Source: an uncultured cyanobacterium
GTDB taxonomy: Bacteria; Cyanobacteriota; Cyanobacteriia; Cyanobacteriales; CAWUOF01
Direction: 5' to 3'
Length of the DNA stretch: 64,000 nt
Assembly: GCA_963744145.1 (NCBI GenBank)
Contig: CAVUSO010000001.1
Location: 6,720,001 to 6,784,000 of the forward strand
Shown here: positions 1 through 11,132 of the stretch, one piece after another
Numbering within the stretch: position 1 is the stretch's first letter
Layout of the letters: each line of letters begins with the position of its first letter
Made by a program: the position numbers and the translations under genes
Notes under the pieces: model-generated
What the model was told of the DNA's origin: nothing
Seen by the model: the letters and a program-made list of their open reading frames with translations, nothing else
Databases searched by the model: none

Positions 1-1045
1 GAGTGCTACACCAACGTCCACTTGGTTCAGACGAATATTACGCAGGATCAGATTACGGGCTTCATTGGGCAGTGAAACCCCCACAAAAATTGTCCGTCCA
101 ATTCGATTCGCTTGTAATCCACTCAGACGGATCACATAATTGAACACATCTTGGACTGGTTCATTTTCAATGTCCAAGGAAATCAATGGACCGTCGCTCC
201 CAGCAGTAGCAGCTCCAGGTGCTGCTCCTTGACCAGGTGTAGCACTTGGGTTAGCAGTAAAAGCCAAATTTAGACCCGCTGATTTGGCTAATAAAATTAA
301 TACGTCTCGAGCTGGTGCATTTCGCAATACCAAGCGCGGTACTCGTTCAGCTGTTCCTAAATCGATCGTGTCGGGGGAGGTATCAATCGTAGTGGTGGTA
401 ATATCTCCGATCGGTGGTGGTACTGCTCTTGGTAAAAAAGGTGGTGCTGGGTTAACTGCTTGAGGAATACTATTTGGTGTGGTATTATCTTGCACCGTGA
501 CGTTCTGGATGGGGAACTAGGACATCAGGAGTTTGACTTTTCCCTGAATTTAGGGATTGGGGTGTCACATTTGGGCTAACTGATGTGGTAGCGGGCTCTT
601 GGGCGATCGCATTGGGTCCCGCTGGGAGAGTTGGGGCTGTACCGGGAGCAGCAATTACGTTGAACCCGATTGATTGAGAATTGCGATCGCCGATTTGTCC
701 AGTTGGTGCACTTGTTGTGCCACTAACTATCACCCGGATACTATGGGGATCAAGTTGAGTAACTACTACCGAAGCAATTCCCGGAGCCGGATTATCTTGC
801 CGAAAAGCCCCCCCATCAACCTGCAATTGAGTATTAATAATAGTAGCGACAAAGGAATTGCCCTGGGTGACGGTAAAAACCGCAGGACGTCCCATATTAT
901 CTGTATCTAAAAATAGATTAATGCCATTGCTAGTCGGATTAATCCGCACCCCTGTTACTTGAGTGACTGAAGCAGCCTGGACTGGTGCTTGCATCAAGAT
1001 GATGGCTGCGCCAATAATTCCTCCTAAGCTTTGATATTGCTTCAA
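1..1045 (-). CDS. pilQ: Type IV pilus secretin PilQ (AMIN N-terminal domain); runs off the window edge; one +1 frameshift near 502-514
   Basis: ORF 485-1045 has a signal peptide and AMIN-like domain. Removing one base near 502 continues into PPFLPRAVPPPIGDI...AERVPRLVLRNAPARDVLILLAKSAGLNL, typical of cyanobacterial PilQ. Lies downstream of pilMNO. Confidence 0.9.
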
Positions 1046-1118
1046 GGGTTCCTCCTAAAATCAAACTAAATATAACTAATCAAGCTTTAGAGGGTGTTAG
1101 TTTCCCTCGGATGGGACT

Positions 1119-1907
1119 TTAGTGTTTCGGTGGGGGAGTTGGTGTTGCTGGTGGTTTTGATGGATTAGCCGCCTCGGCAGCCGCATTAATAGCGTCTAGT
1201 TCCTCTTTAGTTAATGGCATCACTATTTGAATTTGAAAGGATGCTTTTACGTTTGGTTCTTGTAGTTGCTCGATTTTTCCATCTTTGGTCAGTATGGGAG
1301 ATAGGGTTTTATCATCAAGTTCAGCTTTAAAATTGTTGACCAATAATAATGGTTGCAGACGCTCTATATTCCGCATTGTTGATTGTACTTGATTAAAAGT
1401 ACCTTGCATTTCTACGGCAAACATCTGTCGTTTGATTTTACCGTTGGCATCTGGTCCGAGGGAGTCATCATCGATAATACCAGTATCTTTAGGATTTGTT
1501 GATACATTGGGTTCAAATTTAAACATTTGACCTTTGCTGGTCTCAATTTGTTTGTTTAAGTCCTGAGATAAGGTATTGATATTTTCTGGTTGAGCAAATA
1601 AACCTAAGACTTCCTTTTTGGTCTGGAGGGCTTCTTGTTGTTTAGCTTTGGATTCCTCCAGTTTTTTTACTTGTTGTTCCTGTTGTTGGATATCATTTTT
1701 AATCTTTTCTAAATCAGCTGTTAACTTGCCTTTTTGGTCTAAAGCTGGTAAGACCAGAATATAAAATAGGTAAGCTGCCCCAGCAACTAACACTACACCT
1801 GCGATCGCTCCTAAAATCATGGGAGTCAAAGTTACGCCTAAAACTGTAATGCCTGCTGGTGTTGCTTCACCTTCTTCTGCTCCAATTGCGTCTCCACCAA
1901 ATGTCAT
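1119..1907 (-). CDS. pilO: Type IV pilus assembly protein PilO
   Basis: N-terminal TM helix, coiled coil, GTFNQVQSTMRNIERLQPLL motif; operon position. Confidence 0.85.
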   Translation of the reverse strand: MTFGGDAIGAEEGEATPAGITVLGVTLTPMILGAIAGVVLVAGAAYLFYILVLPALDQKGKLTADLEKIKNDIQQQEQQVKKLEESKAKQQEALQTKKEVLGLFAQPENINTLSQDLNKQIETSKGQMFKFEPNVSTNPKDTGIIDDDSLGPDANGKIKRQMFAVEMQGTFNQVQSTMRNIERLQPLLLVNNFKAELDDKTLSPILTKDGKIEQLQEPNVKASFQIQIVMPLTKEELDAINAAAEAANPSKPPATPTPPPKH

Positions 1908-2728
1908 GGGGTAATCACCTCTAAATCTTTGAGTTTTTGGATGCGTGATTCTAAGCCAACTGCACCTTTCCCACCAATTTCTGTGATTAACTGAGAACTA
2001 GGAACATCAGTCATCGCCGTTTGAATTTTATAACTGACTAATGGCGGCAATTCTAAATCCGGGGAATTGGCTGCTTTTTGGATTTTGATCGGGTTGCTCT
2101 GGGCTAATTCCGCCTTCAAAATTTTGGTTTCTTTAGGTTGAAAAAAAACTGATTGTTGCAGAGCCAGTAAAAAGTCGTCAACGTCGTTAAACGAACGAGC
2201 GGAACCTGAAATTTCGATGATTTGTAGTGGAGGTGGTGTTGGTGGTATGGGGGCTGGTGGTTTAGCTCCTGGTTGTGGTGGGGGGGGAGGTGGAGCTTTG
2301 GGTTTTGGTGTAATTTTGGGAGCCTTTTGTTCAATCGTTTTTATTTGCACTCCTGCCGGAACGCTATCACGAATACTTTGTAATAAAGCTGACCAGGGTT
2401 TGATATAATCAAATGTCTTGGCTAAAGCTTTTGACTGGGTGTTCATTTCGGCAGTTTGGGCATTAAGCTGTTCGATTTCTTGGACTTTCGGAGCTAATAC
2501 TCCTTTTTTCCCTTCTAATCCATTGATATCATTTTTCAATGCTTCATTTTGGTTATTGGCGACAAACCAAAAACCTCCTACTAGCACTAGACACAATACC
2601 CCAACTCCCACTCCTGCATAGATTGGAGTTTTATCTAAATCAGACCCACTAGCTTTCGGTTTAGTGGGCTGTTCTGGTCCTTGGACAATCCCCCGGTCTT
2701 TGAGAAAGTTAATATCTATGCTATACAT
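1904..2728 (-). CDS. pilN: Type IV pilus assembly protein PilN
   Basis: MYSIDINFLKDR start (INxL PilM-binding motif), TM helix, PWSALLQ, Pro-rich insert. Confidence 0.9.
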   Translation of the reverse strand: MYSIDINFLKDRGIVQGPEQPTKPKASGSDLDKTPIYAGVGVGVLCLVLVGGFWFVANNQNEALKNDINGLEGKKGVLAPKVQEIEQLNAQTAEMNTQSKALAKTFDYIKPWSALLQSIRDSVPAGVQIKTIEQKAPKITPKPKAPPPPPPQPGAKPPAPIPPTPPPLQIIEISGSARSFNDVDDFLLALQQSVFFQPKETKILKAELAQSNPIKIQKAANSPDLELPPLVSYKIQTAMTDVPSSQLITEIGGKGAVGLESRIQKLKDLEVITP

Positions 2729-2734
2729 ACACTT

Positions 2735-3847
2735 TTATACCTCCCTTAGTCCTAACCCTAGCACTACACCTAATCCTGGTCTCTGAATTGGTGGAATTTC
2801 TTCATCAAATTCTAAGGATAAGGCTTCGACTGGGTCTACTTGAGTGGTTGGCAAACTAAGTCTTTGAGTAAAAAATTCATCTAGTTGTCCCAATGCACCT
2901 CCTGGGCCGGCTAAAAGCAACTGTGCTACTTCTAGGTTATCGCTTTGATTTAAATAAAAATCGATCGAGCGGCGCAGTTCGTCAGCTAATTCTCCTAATA
3001 CTCTGAGCATAGCAGCTACACCCGGATTAGTGCCACCCATGCCACCAGTGATTCCAGTCTGAATTCCATCTCCAGAACTGACGGGAATGGTCATTCCTTG
3101 CAGCAAATCAGTGTTTCGGGATGGGGGTAAATTCATCGCTTTGGAGAGGGCACTTTGAATCTGAAATGTGCCGATCGGCACTGTTCGGGAAAATTGTGGT
3201 ACTCCATCTACCACGATCGCAATTTCTGTGGTTTCAAATTCGATATCGACTAATACAACTGCTTCTTGGGGAGCAAATTGTTGTAATTGATTGCGAATTG
3301 TCCGAATTAAAGCAAAACTGCTCACTTCGATCACATCAAGTTGTAACCCAGCTTCGCGGAAGGTACTTATATATGCGTCTGTAACTTCTCGACGAGTTGC
3401 GACTAGCAGAACTTGAACTTTATCAATGCCATCGTCATCGACCACAGCACCTAATCTTTGATAATCTACATCTGCTTCTTCTCGCGGAAAGGGCAAATAA
3501 AGTCCAGCTTCTTGGTTCATGTAGTCTCGCAGTTCCATGTCGCTAAGTTCTGCGGGTACAGGGATTAAACGGATGACCGCTTCTCTGCCTGGAACAGCTG
3601 TGGCTACTCGCTTGATTTTAATTTTGTGGTCGGTCAGAGTAGTGCGTAATAAATCTGCCATCGTCGGAATATCATAGATTTGGCCCTCTTGAAATATCCC
3701 TTCGGGCACTTCTTCAGAAGCCAGGGTGGTCAATTTTAATTTCTGACCTTGTTGACGTAGTTGCACAATATTGAGCCTTTCTGGGGCTAATTCTACGCCG
3801 ATCCCTTGTGCCCGTTTGGAAAAAAACCGTTTGAAAAAGCTAACCAC
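2735..3847 (-). CDS. pilM: Type IV pilus assembly protein PilM (actin-like)
   Basis: GIGVELAPER, EAGLYLPFPREEADVDYQ, ELRRSIDFY, LGLGLREV motifs. Confidence 0.95.
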   Translation of the reverse strand: MVSFFKRFFSKRAQGIGVELAPERLNIVQLRQQGQKLKLTTLASEEVPEGIFQEGQIYDIPTMADLLRTTLTDHKIKIKRVATAVPGREAVIRLIPVPAELSDMELRDYMNQEAGLYLPFPREEADVDYQRLGAVVDDDGIDKVQVLLVATRREVTDAYISTFREAGLQLDVIEVSSFALIRTIRNQLQQFAPQEAVVLVDIEFETTEIAIVVDGVPQFSRTVPIGTFQIQSALSKAMNLPPSRNTDLLQGMTIPVSSGDGIQTGITGGMGGTNPGVAAMLRVLGELADELRRSIDFYLNQSDNLEVAQLLLAGPGGALGQLDEFFTQRLSLPTTQVDPVEALSLEFDEEIPPIQRPGLGVVLGLGLREV

Positions 3848-3989
3848 TGCTTTGCCTGTTTATTTACAAGTTGGAACAATTGATTCATCAATGATACGCC
3901 AAAGTTTTTGGATAGTAAGGCCGAAAAATATCGATAATTATACTTTTGAATGTTACTCGATTTGTCTGTAGTATTGCCATGTTCCCCAA

Positions 3990-5282
3990 ATGATGATGAT
4001 TAAAATGAAAATCTGGAAACGTTTAGGCATTTTTACGTTGTTAGGGTTGTTACTGAGTTGGGTAGTTAGTTGCAGTTTTGGCTCGGTAAATCCAGCAAAG
4101 TCAGGTGGCTCCCAAATTGAATTTTGGACAATGCAACTCCAACCTGAATATACTGATTATTTTAAGCAGCTAATTTCCACTTTTGAAAAGCAAAATCCTG
4201 GTGTGCAGGTCCGCTGGGTAGATGTCCCTTGGTCAGCGATGGAGAGCAAGATTTTAACCGCGGTAGCTGGCAAAACTGCCCCGGATGTAGTAAATTTAAA
4301 CCCTGATTTTGCTTCCCAATTAGCTGGACAAAATGCTTGGTTAGATTTGGATGCTAAGGTTCCAGCTCAAGTCCGTGATGTTTATTTGCCCAATGTTTGG
4401 AAAGCTAGTTCTTTGAATGGTAAAACTTTTGGTATTCCTTGGTATATTACCACAAAAATCACTATTTATAATCAAGACTTGTTGCAAAAAGCTGGGGTGA
4501 GTAAACCGACCGTTACTTATGAGGATTTGGCCCGCGTAGCTAAACAAGTCAAGGAAAAAACTGGTAAGTATGCTTTTTTTATTACTTTTGTGCCCGGAGA
4601 TTCTGGGGAAGTGTTGGAATCTTTTGTGGAAATGGGAGTAAATCTACTTGATGCTCAAGGAAAAGCTGCGTTTAATACAGCCCAGGGTAAAGCAGTGTTT
4701 CATTATTGGGTAGATTTATATAAAAATGGGTTGTTACCTAAAGATGTTTTGACTCAAGGTCATCGTCGGGCGATCGAATTATATCAGTCTGGGGAAACAG
4801 CTTTGCTCGCTACTGGTGCGGAGTTTTTGAAGCAGATCGAGAATAATGCTCCGACGATCGCTAAAGTATCTCGAACTGCTCCCCAGATTACTGGTTCAAC
4901 TGGTAAGAAAAATATCGCGGTGATGAATTTGGTGGTGAATCGGGAGAGTAAATTTCCCGATCTAGCCCTAAAATTTGCTCTGTTTGTCACTAATGATGAA
5001 AATCAGCTCTCTTTTGCTAAAGCTGCTAATGTTCTTCCTTCCACGGTTAAAGCGTTACAAGATAATTATTTTAAATCCCTCCCACCCAATCCTACTCCTA
5101 GTGATCAAGCACGTCTGGTTAGTGCTAGTCAAATGAAAGAAGCAGAAGTTTTGATTCCAGCGCTCAAGAATATTAATCGTTTGCAAAAGTTGATCTATGA
5201 GAATTTACAAGCTGCGATGTTAAATCAAAAAACTGTAGATCAGGCGATCGCAGATGCTGCTAATGGTTGGGAACATCTTTAG
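3990..5282 (+). CDS. ABC transporter sugar-binding lipoprotein (SBP family 1)
   Basis: Lipobox-like VVSC, IEFWTMQL, WVDVPW, APDVVNLN, GIPWY; the exact Met start is uncertain. Confidence 0.85.
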   Translation: MMMIKMKIWKRLGIFTLLGLLLSWVVSCSFGSVNPAKSGGSQIEFWTMQLQPEYTDYFKQLISTFEKQNPGVQVRWVDVPWSAMESKILTAVAGKTAPDVVNLNPDFASQLAGQNAWLDLDAKVPAQVRDVYLPNVWKASSLNGKTFGIPWYITTKITIYNQDLLQKAGVSKPTVTYEDLARVAKQVKEKTGKYAFFITFVPGDSGEVLESFVEMGVNLLDAQGKAAFNTAQGKAVFHYWVDLYKNGLLPKDVLTQGHRRAIELYQSGETALLATGAEFLKQIENNAPTIAKVSRTAPQITGSTGKKNIAVMNLVVNRESKFPDLALKFALFVTNDENQLSFAKAANVLPSTVKALQDNYFKSLPPNPTPSDQARLVSASQMKEAEVLIPALKNINRLQKLIYENLQAAMLNQKTVDQAIADAANGWEHL

Positions 5283-5438
5283 TTTAAGGTATCAAAATAT
5301 ACAGATTAACGATCATAGATCAAAATCCTAGTGAGGGAAAATAAATAATTTGGATTAAGAATGCCTAGGCTAGGGATTTACCGCTAGAATAGAAGCTAAT
5401 CATACATCTATTTTCTCCTCAAAGATTTTGGGTCAAAA

Positions 5439-5894
5439 ATGCCAAGAAAGGAACAAGGGTGGATCACTTTTCAATCTTCAGAAGAAGAACGACGAATTCT
5501 AGAAGAGATTAGTCAACAGACCCAGCGGACTAAAACCGAAATTCTGCGGGAAATGATTCGACATTTGGGACAGTCATTTTCTCCTAATTCCCCAGATGTG
5601 AATTTAATCGAGTTTTCCGAAGATTTAGATGGAGAAGAAAAATCCTTCGATCCGGAGACGGAGACCATATTGCAAAATGTAAAAATTAGTGCCCGTAATG
5701 TTTTAAAAGCAAAAGTAAAACGGATTTTAAAAACCGAGGTAAATGCGGAAGTGACTTTAGCGATCGCGCCAGGTGTAGAGTTGGTAGCAATTGTTACTAG
5801 TGCTTCTGCGGATAAATTAGGATTAAAAGTGGGTAAGCAAGTTCTAGCTGTGGTTAAATCTAGTAGCATTATGATTGCTGCAAGTGGGGCTTAA
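5439..5894 (+). CDS. Molybdate-binding TOBE (Mop) protein with N-terminal ribbon-helix-helix-like domain (cyanobacterial ModE-like regulator)
   Basis: ISARNVLKAKV and AVVKSSSIMI TOBE motifs; N-terminal QRTKTEILRE. Confidence 0.8.
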   Translation: MPRKEQGWITFQSSEEERRILEEISQQTQRTKTEILREMIRHLGQSFSPNSPDVNLIEFSEDLDGEEKSFDPETETILQNVKISARNVLKAKVKRILKTEVNAEVTLAIAPGVELVAIVTSASADKLGLKVGKQVLAVVKSSSIMIAASGA

Positions 5895-6051
5895 ACTTTT
5901 TCAACAACTCTAAAACCAAGAGTATTTTCTTAATCATTATGCTCAGGTTGGATCATCAGTAACCCGGGTATTATTAAGTATTTTCTCGTATTTCTGATTT
6001 TTTGCCTAAAGATTATCTTTCTATTAATTCTTATTTAAACGTATCATAGCT

Positions 6052-6116
6052 CAATCCGGTTTAGTTAAGCCTAATGGTCACTTTCAGGAAATCGAAGTGG
6101 TCTTAACCTATGATTG
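6052..6116. mobile_element. Small degenerate MITE with CAAT...ATTG termini (same end family as 31637-31763)
   Basis: Left end CAATCCGGTTTAGTTAAG, right end CTTAACCTATGATTG, internal hairpin; no target duplication visible. Confidence 0.45.
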
Positions 6117-6206
6117 ATAATTTGACCTTACTGGTCACTTTGCTTTGAGGGTAGGTAACCCAATAATTTTTCAGCATTTGTTTGTCCAGGGTAGCAGGGG
6201 AAATTA

Positions 6207-6222
6207 TGTGATCTAGATCACA
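6207..6222. promoter_or_regulatory. CRP (SYCRP1-type) binding site upstream of the diguanylate cyclase
   Basis: Perfect palindrome TGTGA-TCTAGA-TCACA, 124 bp before the ATG at 6347. Confidence 0.75.
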
Positions 6223-6346
6223 GCAAGATCCTCTTTTGAGTCATTCTCATAATTTGTAATTATCACGCTTTAGCAAATATTCCTATCACCACATATAAAT
6301 ATAAAAGCGCCTATATTGAAAAGTATAGAATACTAAAACATCAAAT

Positions 6347-7804
6347 ATGAAACCACAAAATTATTATCAAATTAACGAACAATTTCAACCATTTCTATCT
6401 ATATCTTTTGATCTTTTCTGTTGGTATCAAGCTGATGGCTATCTCTATCCACTCAATCAAGCATGGTCAGATATTCTGGGCTGGAGTATGGCTGAATTAA
6501 CTGCAAGTCCTTGGCAAGAATTTTTACACCCTGATGACATTATGATTAGCTTAGAAACTGTTCAAGCAGGTAATAAATCAACAGTAATTGAATTTGAACA
6601 ACGTTTTCGTCATCAAGATGGTAGCTATCGGTGGTTAGCTTGGCGGATCTATAATACTCAGGAAAATGGTGCTTATGCGGCAGTGGCTAAGGATATTACT
6701 CAACAGCAATTAACTGAAACATTAAAGATTAAAGAAAGTCAACCAGCAAAATTAGTTGGACAACAACAAACTGAACGAGAACGATTAATGGCTGGAGTGT
6801 GCGATCGCATTCGTCAGTCCTTAGATTTAGACACTATTCTTCATACTACTGTAGCGGAAGTCCGCGAGTTTCTCCATGCTGATCGAGTGTTGATTTATCG
6901 GTTTCAACCAGACTGGAGTGCTGTTGTGACCGTAGAATCGGTTGACCAACAATGGAAACCACTGTTGGGAACTGTTTGGGAAATTGCTGATTTTGTGGAA
7001 AATTGTATTCCTTATTATAAACGCGGACATATTTATGCAATCGATGATATTAATACTTCTGATTTAAGTACCTATTATCTGAATTTACTCAATGATATTC
7101 AAGTCACGGGATTGATGATTGTGCCGATATTGCAAGAACATAATTTATGGGGATTATTAGTTGCTCATCATTGTGCTTCAGCCGGTAAATGGCAAGCATT
7201 GGAAATTGATTTGTTAGCTTACTTGGCTAGTCATTTAGCGATCGCTATTCACCAAGCTGAACTTTATCAAAAATTAGCGATCGCCAATAAAAATCTCCAC
7301 CATTTAGCCACCAGTGATAGTTTAACTCAGTTAGCTAATCGTCGTTATTTTGATGAATATTTACAACAAGAATGGGAGCGCTCGACTAAAGAAAAAAAAC
7401 CTTTGTCCTTACTTTTGTGCGATGTTGACTTTTTTAAAGCTTATAATGATACTTATGGACACCAAGCTGGTGATGAATGTTTACAACAAGTAGCTGTTGC
7501 AATTAGTCAAACTCTCCCACGTCTGATCGATTTGGTTGCTCGCTATGGTGGGGAAGAATTTGCGGTCATTCTTCCTGATACAGATTTAGCTACAGCTAAG
7601 ATCATGGCAGAAAATATTTGTGAGTCGGTAAAAAGCTTGATGATTGCTCATGCTGGCTCTACAATTAATGATTATGTGACCATCAGTATTGGGATTGCAA
7701 GTATGATTCCTACTCCTGAACAAGATGTAGCGATCGCGATCCAAACAGCAGATCAAGCTTTATATCGTGCTAAAGCTGAGGGACGTAATCGATTTGTTTT
7801 TTAA
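6347..7804 (+). CDS. PAS-GAF-GGDEF diguanylate cyclase
   Basis: PAS (FLHPDD...RFRHQDGSYRW), CBCR-like GAF (ADRVLIYRF), DSLTQLANRR, RxxD I-site and GGEEF. Confidence 0.92.
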   Translation: MKPQNYYQINEQFQPFLSISFDLFCWYQADGYLYPLNQAWSDILGWSMAELTASPWQEFLHPDDIMISLETVQAGNKSTVIEFEQRFRHQDGSYRWLAWRIYNTQENGAYAAVAKDITQQQLTETLKIKESQPAKLVGQQQTERERLMAGVCDRIRQSLDLDTILHTTVAEVREFLHADRVLIYRFQPDWSAVVTVESVDQQWKPLLGTVWEIADFVENCIPYYKRGHIYAIDDINTSDLSTYYLNLLNDIQVTGLMIVPILQEHNLWGLLVAHHCASAGKWQALEIDLLAYLASHLAIAIHQAELYQKLAIANKNLHHLATSDSLTQLANRRYFDEYLQQEWERSTKEKKPLSLLLCDVDFFKAYNDTYGHQAGDECLQQVAVAISQTLPRLIDLVARYGGEEFAVILPDTDLATAKIMAENICESVKSLMIAHAGSTINDYVTISIGIASMIPTPEQDVAIAIQTADQALYRAKAEGRNRFVF

Positions 7805-7956
7805 CTAGGTTAGTTCTACCTCAATTGCTGATGTTGCAAAAATTGATCAATTATGGATTGACAATTACATATATATATGGTATGAAATAAAAATTGTGAA
7901 ATTTCTAGATGAAATAAATATTGTCTACTAAGTCTGATAATTTCTAAGTCTAAACT

Positions 7957-10608
7957 ATGACATCTGAGCCAAATCGATTAACTAAAACTGAATCTAGTAA
8001 TATTAATATCCGCAATGCTGACTATCGGGAATTAGATCGCAGTAAACTAACACCGATGATGCAGCATTATACAGAAGTGAAAGACAAATATCCCCATGCA
8101 CTTTTACTGTATCGGGTGGGAGATTTTTTTGAAACTTTTTTCCAAGATGCGATCGCGGTTTCTAGAGAATTAGAACTGGTTTTAACTAGCACCCAAGGTG
8201 GTAAAGAAATCGGACGAGTACCGATGACAGGTGTACCTCATCATGCGCTTGATCGATATGCAGCCCAATTAGTAGAAAAAGGATATGCGATCGTAGTTTG
8301 TGATCAGGTCGAAGACTCTGCTGATGCTGCTGCGGAACGTCGGATGGTTGATCGACAAATTACCAGAATTATTACTCCTGGAACAGTGTTAGAAGAAGGA
8401 CTACTTCCTGCTCGTCGGAATAACTTTTTAGCAGCAGTAGTGATTGCTAATAATTTGTGGGGATTAGCTTATGCAGATATTTCTACGGGAGAATTTTTAA
8501 CTACTCAAGCAGAAGAATTGGAGTTGTTAACCCAAGAATTAATGCGGTTACAACCAAAGGAAATTTTAGTTCCGACCGATGCACCGGATTTAGGAGGTTT
8601 GCTCAGACCCGGAGAGAAATCAGAACATTTACCTGAATGTTTACCAAACTCTTTTTGTTATGCGCTCAGAGGACAAAAACATTTTCGGTTGGTGGAAGCT
8701 AAACAAAAAATTATCTATAAATTTAAAGTGCGATCGCTCGAAGGACTCGGTTGTGATCACTTACCTTTAGCAGTACGTGCTGCTGGTGGATTATTAGAAT
8801 ATTTAGAAGATACTCACAAAGAAAGTCAAATTCCACTCCAACTACTTCGTACCTACGCGATTACTGATTATCTGATTATCGATTACCAAACTCGTCGGAA
8901 TTTAGAGATTACTCAAACGGTTCGAGATGGAACTTTTCATGGTTCTTTACTATGGGCTTTAGATCAAACTAGCACAGCAATGGGAAGTCGTGCTTTACGT
9001 CGGTGGTTATTACAACCACTTTTAGATTTACGGGGAATTTGCGCTCGTCACGATACGATTCAAGAATTAGTCGAAAATTCTGAACTGCGGCAAAATTTAC
9101 AAGAGCTATTAGCCCAAATCTATGATATAGAAAGATTAGCAGGTCGAGCTGGCTCTGGTAAAGCCAATGCTAGAGATTTAGTTGCTTTAGCAGATTCTTT
9201 ATCCAAGTTACCAGAATTAGCCAGATTAGCTGAACTGGGTAAATCCCCCTATTTACGCACTCTGCAAAAAGAATACCCAGAATTAGAACAGCTTGGGCAT
9301 AAAATTCGTGACTGTTTAGTCGAATCCCCCCCACTTCATCTGACTGAAGGTGGTTTGATTAAACCAGGAACATATCCCCAATTAGATGAAATGCGTCGTC
9401 AAGTAGAGGAAGATCATCAATGGATTGCTCAATTAGAAGTGACCGAGCGATCGCGAACTGGTATTCCCACGTTGAAAGTAGGTTTTAATAAAACTTTTGG
9501 CTATTATATTAGCATCACGAAATCAAAAACTGAACAAGCACCTGCTAACTACATTCGCAAACAAACCCTAACTAATGAAGAACGTTATATCACTCCTGAA
9601 TTGAAAGAACGAGAAGCAAGAATTTTGACAGCTCGTGACGATCTCAATGAGATGGAATATGAAATTTTTGGGAATCTCAGAGCTGAAGTTGGGAAACAAG
9701 CAGAATTAATTCGTCATATTTCCAAAGCGATCGCTGCAATTGACGTATTATGTGGTTTTACTAAAATTGCAGTAGAGCGAGATTATTGTCGTCCCCAAAT
9801 TGCTGAAAGTCGAGAAATTAATATTATTGATGGTCGTCATCCTGTAGTTGAACAATCTCTCCCTGCTGGTTTTTTTGTGCCAAATTCAACTAGATTAGGG
9901 AGGGAAGAAGAATTGTTAATTACTCAAAATTCTCAAATTTCTCTCGAAAATAATCATCCTGATTTAATTATTTTAACTGGACCAAATGCGAGTGGAAAAA
10001 GTTGTTATTTGCGTCAAGTTGGATTAATTCAATTAATGGCACAGGTAGGTAGTTTTATTCCAGCTAAATTTGGTAGTTTAGGAATTTGCGATCGCATTTT
10101 TACCCGTGTAGGTGCAGTTGATGATCTGGCTACTGGTCAGTCTACTTTTATGGTAGAAATGAATGAAACTGCCAATATTCTGAACCATGCTACCGCAAAA
10201 TCCCTGGTACTGTTAGATGAAATTGGACGGGGGACAGCAACCTTTGATGGACTGTCGATCGCTTGGGCAGTAGCTGAATATTTAGCCACCGAAATCCGTG
10301 CCCGGACAATTTTTGCTACCCACTATCACGAGCTGAACGAATTAGCCTCAATTTTACCTAATGTTGCTAATTACCAAGTAACAGTGAAAGAATTACCCGA
10401 CCAAATTGTCTTTTTACACCAAGTTCAACCTGGAGGTGCCGATCGTTCTTATGGGATTGAAGCAGGAAGACTAGCAGGTTTACCAAAAACAGTGATTCAA
10501 CGTGCCCGACAAGTGATGAGTCAGATTGAGCAGCATAGTAAAATTGCAGTGGGTTTACGACAAGGTAATCAAAACTTAACTAATCAAATAAAAGAGAATA
10601 TGGAATAG
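7957..10608 (+). CDS. mutS: DNA mismatch repair protein MutS
   Basis: [44 protein letters not shown]. Confidence 0.98.
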   Translation: MTSEPNRLTKTESSNINIRNADYRELDRSKLTPMMQHYTEVKDKYPHALLLYRVGDFFETFFQDAIAVSRELELVLTSTQGGKEIGRVPMTGVPHHALDRYAAQLVEKGYAIVVCDQVEDSADAAAERRMVDRQITRIITPGTVLEEGLLPARRNNFLAAVVIANNLWGLAYADISTGEFLTTQAEELELLTQELMRLQPKEILVPTDAPDLGGLLRPGEKSEHLPECLPNSFCYALRGQKHFRLVEAKQKIIYKFKVRSLEGLGCDHLPLAVRAAGGLLEYLEDTHKESQIPLQLLRTYAITDYLIIDYQTRRNLEITQTVRDGTFHGSLLWALDQTSTAMGSRALRRWLLQPLLDLRGICARHDTIQELVENSELRQNLQELLAQIYDIERLAGRAGSGKANARDLVALADSLSKLPELARLAELGKSPYLRTLQKEYPELEQLGHKIRDCLVESPPLHLTEGGLIKPGTYPQLDEMRRQVEEDHQWIAQLEVTERSRTGIPTLKVGFNKTFGYYISITKSKTEQAPANYIRKQTLTNEERYITPELKEREARILTARDDLNEMEYEIFGNLRAEVGKQAELIRHISKAIAAIDVLCGFTKIAVERDYCRPQIAESREINIIDGRHPVVEQSLPAGFFVPNSTRLGREEELLITQNSQISLENNHPDLIILTGPNASGKSCYLRQVGLIQLMAQVGSFIPAKFGSLGICDRIFTRVGAVDDLATGQSTFMVEMNETANILNHATAKSLVLLDEIGRGTATFDGLSIAWAVAEYLATEIRARTIFATHYHELNELASILPNVANYQVTVKELPDQIVFLHQVQPGGADRSYGIEAGRLAGLPKTVIQRARQVMSQIEQHSKIAVGLRQGNQNLTNQIKENME

Positions 10609-10710
10609 GTATGGGGAAATTGTCACACTTGCGGTTGTGGTAAAATTACTATTGATAATGATCCTACTCTGGTAAGTTATTTTACCAAAAGTAACTACTT
10701 TGAAAACCTT

Positions 10711-11063
10711 ATGACAGCAGATTTAAAGCAATTTTATAACGCCACCAATCCCACCAAAACTTTGGCAGTGGAAAATGCTGAGGATCGCAAGTTTTATATT
10801 GATTTTTCGACTGTCCGAGGTGGAAAATAACTCGTGCATCATTGGAAGATACCATCCGCGCCCGTCGTAATGAGATGGTAATGCCAATTTCTGATCATGA
10901 GTGGGAATTATTGCGTCAGGTTCAACAGCGGAAAAAAGTGAGTGGTGATCAGGGATATCAAACACTAATTCGCAGTCGGTTTGTATTTGAATATCGCGAT
11001 CGGGGTGAGTCTTGGTTTGATGTTAACCCAATTTTGGCAGAAGCGAAAGAATTACAATCTTAG
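10711..11063 (+). pseudogene. Internally deleted cyanobacterial P-loop/AAA ATPase gene (only the N- and C-termini remain)
   Basis: MTADLKQFYNATNPTKTL...FYIDFSTVRGGK* (10711-10830) is joined out of frame to TRASLEDTI...FVFEYRDRGESWFDVNPILAE; the Walker A/B core is absent. Confidence 0.7.
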
Positions 11064-11132
11064 GTAATGAGCAATGTTACGAAAGAAGAGATATGTGCTA
11101 AAATATTTTAGAGCAACAAACATAACCAGATC

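Noticed and set aside
2280..2287. G8 run in pilN as a phase-variation tract
   Set aside because: It is part of a poly-proline coding stretch and the gene is in frame; no evidence of slippage
6052..6116. Hairpin with a GAAA-containing loop after the molybdate-binding gene, considered as a Moco riboswitch
   Set aside because: It lies downstream of that gene, lacks the rest of the motif, and is better explained as a CAAT...ATTG MITE remnant
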